A stretch of 64,000 nucleotides of DNA from contig NC_068994.1 of NCBI RefSeq assembly GCF_001194135.2, positions 16,930,416 to 16,994,415 of the forward strand, read 5' to 3'. The stretch is from Octopus bimaculoides (taxonomy: Eukaryota). Both the position numbers and the translations under genes were made by a program. The first letter of the stretch is position 1; each line of letters opens with the position of its first letter. Below the pieces are notes generated by a model. That model searched no databases. It was not told where the DNA came from and saw nothing but the letters and a program-made list of their open reading frames with translations. This document shows, one piece after another, positions 60,786-64,000 of the stretch.

Positions 60786-62342
60786 GTAATGTATAATACA
60801 TGTGCTTTTTATAGCTCTTCTGTGCATGTGGGAATGCGTATGATTGCATGTGTTTGTCCATGTGTATACATTCATATATATATATATATATATATATATA
60901 NNNNNNNNNNNNNNNNNNNNNNNNNNNNNNNNNNNNNNNNNNNNNNNNNNNNNNNNNNNNNNNNNNNNNNNNNNNNNNNNNNNNNNNNNNNNNNNNNNNN
61001 NNNNNNNNNNNNNNNNNNNNNNNNNNNNNNNNNNNNNNNNNNNNNNNNNNNNNNNNNNNNNNNNNNNNNNNNNNNNNNNNNNNNNNNNNNNNNNNNNNNN
61101 NNNNNNNNNNNNNNNNNNNNNNNNNNNNNNNNNNNNNNNNNNNNNNNNNNNNNNNNNNNNNNNNNNNNNNNNNNNNNNNNNNNNNNNNNNNNNNNNNNNN
61201 NNNNNNNNNNNNNNNNNNNNNNNNNNNNNNNNNNNNNNNNNNNNNNNNNNNNNNNNNNNNNNNNNNNNNNNNNNNNNNNNNNNNNNNNNNNNNNNNNNNN
61301 NNNNNNNNNNNNNNNNNNNNNNNNNNNNNNNNNNNNNNNNNNNNNNNNNNNNNNNNNNNNNNNNNNNNNNNNNNNNNNNNNNNNNNNNNNNNNNNNNNNN
61401 NNNNNNNNNNNNNNNNNNNNNNNNNNNNNNNNNNNNNNNNNNNNNNNNNNNNNNNNNNNNNNNNNNNNNNNNNNNNNNNNNNNNNNNNNNNNNNNNNNNN
61501 NNNNNNNNNNNNNNNNNNNNNNNNNNNNNNNNNNNNNNNNNNNNNNNNNNNNNNNNNNNNNNNNNNNNNNNNNNNNNNNNNNNNNNNNNNNNNNNNNNNN
61601 NNNNNNNNNNNNNNNNNNNNNNNNNNNNNNNNNNNNNNNNNNNNNNNNNNNNNNNNNNNNNNNNNNNNNNNNNNNNNNNNNNNNNNNNNNNATATATAAT
61701 ATATATATATAATATAGGAAGGGCATCCAGCTGTAGAAACTCTGCCAGATCAGATTGGAGCCTGGTGTAGCCATCTGGTTTCACCAGTCCTCAGTCAAAT
61801 CGTCCAACACATGCTAGCATTGAAAGCGGACGTTAAACGATGATGATGATGATGATATATGTATGTATTTCATATGTGGTTGTCAGATGTATTGATGCAT
61901 ACTTAAATCTATTCAAGTATTAAGGCATATTTTCCTACTTACATAACCAGGGACACAACAAATGTACCATATACATATGTTCATATGTATAATGTTTGTC
62001 CACTCTGTTATGGCAAGACTCCTGCTTTTGCCTCTCTATCTCTCTGTCACACTCTAACCTTTCATCCTCTGACACAAGTTCCCCTCTTCAAATGCCCCTA
62101 CGCCTCTCAAAATCCCTTGTCTTGTGAGTTACTTGGTGAGCCTGTCAGTGCTGGTGCCACGTAAAAAGCACTGAGTCCACTCTGCAGAGTAGTTGATGTT
62201 AGGAAGGGCATCCAGCCGTAAAAAGCCTGCCAAAACAGACACAGTAGCTTGGGTAGTCTTCTACCTGGCCGGCTCCTGTCAACTGTCCTACCCATTCGTG
62301 CATAGAAGATACACATTAAACAATGATGATGATGGTTATGTG

Positions 62343-62427
<85 letters not shown>

Positions 62428-62470
62428 ATATGTGTATGTATGTATTTGTATGTATGTATCTAGCTATATA

Positions 62471-62539
<69 letters not shown>

Positions 62540-62540
<1 letters not shown>

Positions 62541-64000
62541 AATTGCAGCATGGAAGGTGTTTAAAAGCCATTTAAGAAACACACAAAAACCGTTAGATTC
62601 ACTTCAACATTTAAATTTAATTTGCCAAAATATTTTCATTGCTTTGAGACCGCAACCTGTTCACTGACAAAATTCTGTGCTGCACGGAATTTTGTGTCGT
62701 ACGTAAATATTTCATCAAATCATCCTAGGTCCACCATAGATAGTATTATCACTGGAATTTCAATTAGAATATCAAATTTATCATCAAATGTAGAAATTTT
62801 TAATCAACATGCGCCGGTATATAACAACGCCTTGAAGCAAGCGGATTCAAAACAAAAATCTCCTTTATACATAATGTGAGGTTTAAAAATAAGTTGGCAG
62901 GTCTTCCACCCGAGTATACTACAGTTGATTGGAGCAAGGGTAGTACATCTTTTGGTAGCAACCATGATAAGCAAGTTTTTAGAAGTAGGTATCATAGAGA
63001 CAAGAATAGTATATATAGGTACACAAAATGAAATAATGCTAATCTGCCGATAAATAAACTGAAAGGCTCACGACCCAGAATACGAGAGGTAATTTGGTTC
63101 GTCTCCCCCCCCCCCCTTTCTCTCTTAGGGTAAAAAAATTTACCCAGGATGTTCTTTAGGATCCTGGAGAATAACTTCCCTAAAGACCATAAGTACTATA
63201 GCATCTACAACAGATCCTCAATTAAGTTTTCCTATTCTGGAATGCCTGATCTAGTGTCAATTATTGCCTCTCTCAATAGAAGCAAATTAAATAAGCTAGA
63301 ACATTGTGAATATCCCTGCAATGGAAGCCCCGGTTCTGATAAAACAAGTTGTGAGCCACACAATGATAGTGGGACGTGCTCTCCATTCCCTCTGATTGTA
63401 CCGAAACCCGGGAATGGGACTAGTGGAGCTATTGATAAGGATAGACAAGCAAGGGCTGTTACTGGCGCTCGAAATAAATTTAGGGGTAGCCAAAGTAAAT
63501 TATGTAATTGTAGAGACCCTCTATTATGTCCTCTTCGAGGACTCTGTTTATGTACAAACGTGATGTATAAATGCACCGTCAGGGACGAGAACAAACTAGA
63601 TAGGTTCTATATAGGAAGCACGAAGAACTTTAAAGCTAGATATAGAGCGCATATGAGTTTGTTTTCAATGGAAAAATACAGTAACTCTACCACACTCGCC
63701 TCTTATCTACATGACCTCAAGAAGAAGAAGATAAAGTACTCTCTTGAATGGTCTATTATAGCGAGGGCCCCATACTTTAAGGCAAATATTAGCAAATGTT
63801 CTTTATGTATTAGGGAATCCCTTGCGATACTCAGGTCTTTTGGACCAAAAACCCTGAATAAGTTCACTGAGGTAGTCCCCTTCTGCAACCATAAGTTTTC
63901 CTCCACCTTCTTGAAACTGTATAGAGATAAAAATAAATTTAAAAGCAATAGATAACAACAAGTGTAATAGTTTGCGTTAGGGTGAATTGAAACCTCGAAG
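62540..64000 (+). mobile_element. Naiad-type Penelope-like element, 5-prime truncated, with inverted pseudo-LTR and intact GIY-YIG ORF (63149-63955)
   Basis: YVNISSNHP (thumb), CNCRDPLLCPLRGLC, FYIGST, FKARYRAH, CSLCIRE, TLNK...C-H; hairpin junction at 62667-62695; runs off the window end. Confidence 0.92.
62622..62670 (-). ncRNA. Degenerate hammerhead-like motif in an inverted PLE pseudo-LTR
   Basis: Minus strand TTGTCA-GTGAACA-GGTTGC-N9-GCAAT-GAAA-ATATTT-TGGCAA; all three stems are present but the core differs from CTGANGA at two positions. Confidence 0.4.

Noticed and set aside
355-62575. Numerous [16 protein letters not shown] ORFs
   Set aside because: Dinucleotide and tetranucleotide microsatellite translations.
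62804-62995. Minus-strand ORF suggesting an internal inversion in the PLE
   Set aside because: The forward frame stays readable through this region as a long linker with one stop.
63029-63031. In-frame TGA as selenocysteine in the Naiad element (also TGA near 56084)
   Set aside because: Not at conserved Cys positions; better explained as CGA>TGA or TGG>TGA decay; no SECIS could be identified by eye.

Overview
This is a repeat-dense animal genomic window with nine N-gaps. The repeat families suggest an octopus assembly, which is inference and not database-checked. The only host gene I can support is on the + strand: an internal part of CFAP43 (WDR96, cilia- and flagella-associated protein 43). 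I reconstructed 21 GT-AG exons plus 1 weaker candidate by eye between 1561 and 60785. They splice into one uninterrupted frame of about 844 aa, running from late WD40 repeats into the coiled-coil region; start and stop lie outside the window. Nearly all ORFs in the supplied track are artefacts of microsatellites, N-runs or decayed transposons. The introns contain RTE-clade LINE fragments, four Penelope-like element (PLE) fragments (two Naiad-type with GIY-YIG), Tc1/mariner remnants and MITEs, a piggyBac-like MITE, a Helentron-type non-autonomous element, three tRNA-derived SINE families and many microsatellites. The most notable unannotated signal is a set of type I hammerhead-ribozyme-like motifs, most with self-complementary stem III. 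Four well-formed ones lie on the CFAP43 sense strand (1901, 2118, 14818, 30169) and several degenerate ones on the minus strand, probably PLE pseudo-LTR relics. Also notable are a run of phase-0 microexons in the CFAP43 linker and several fold-back elements, one built around a tRNA-like core. Repeat boundaries are approximate (tens of bp). Exon and ribozyme coordinates were read base by base, but nothing was verified computationally.
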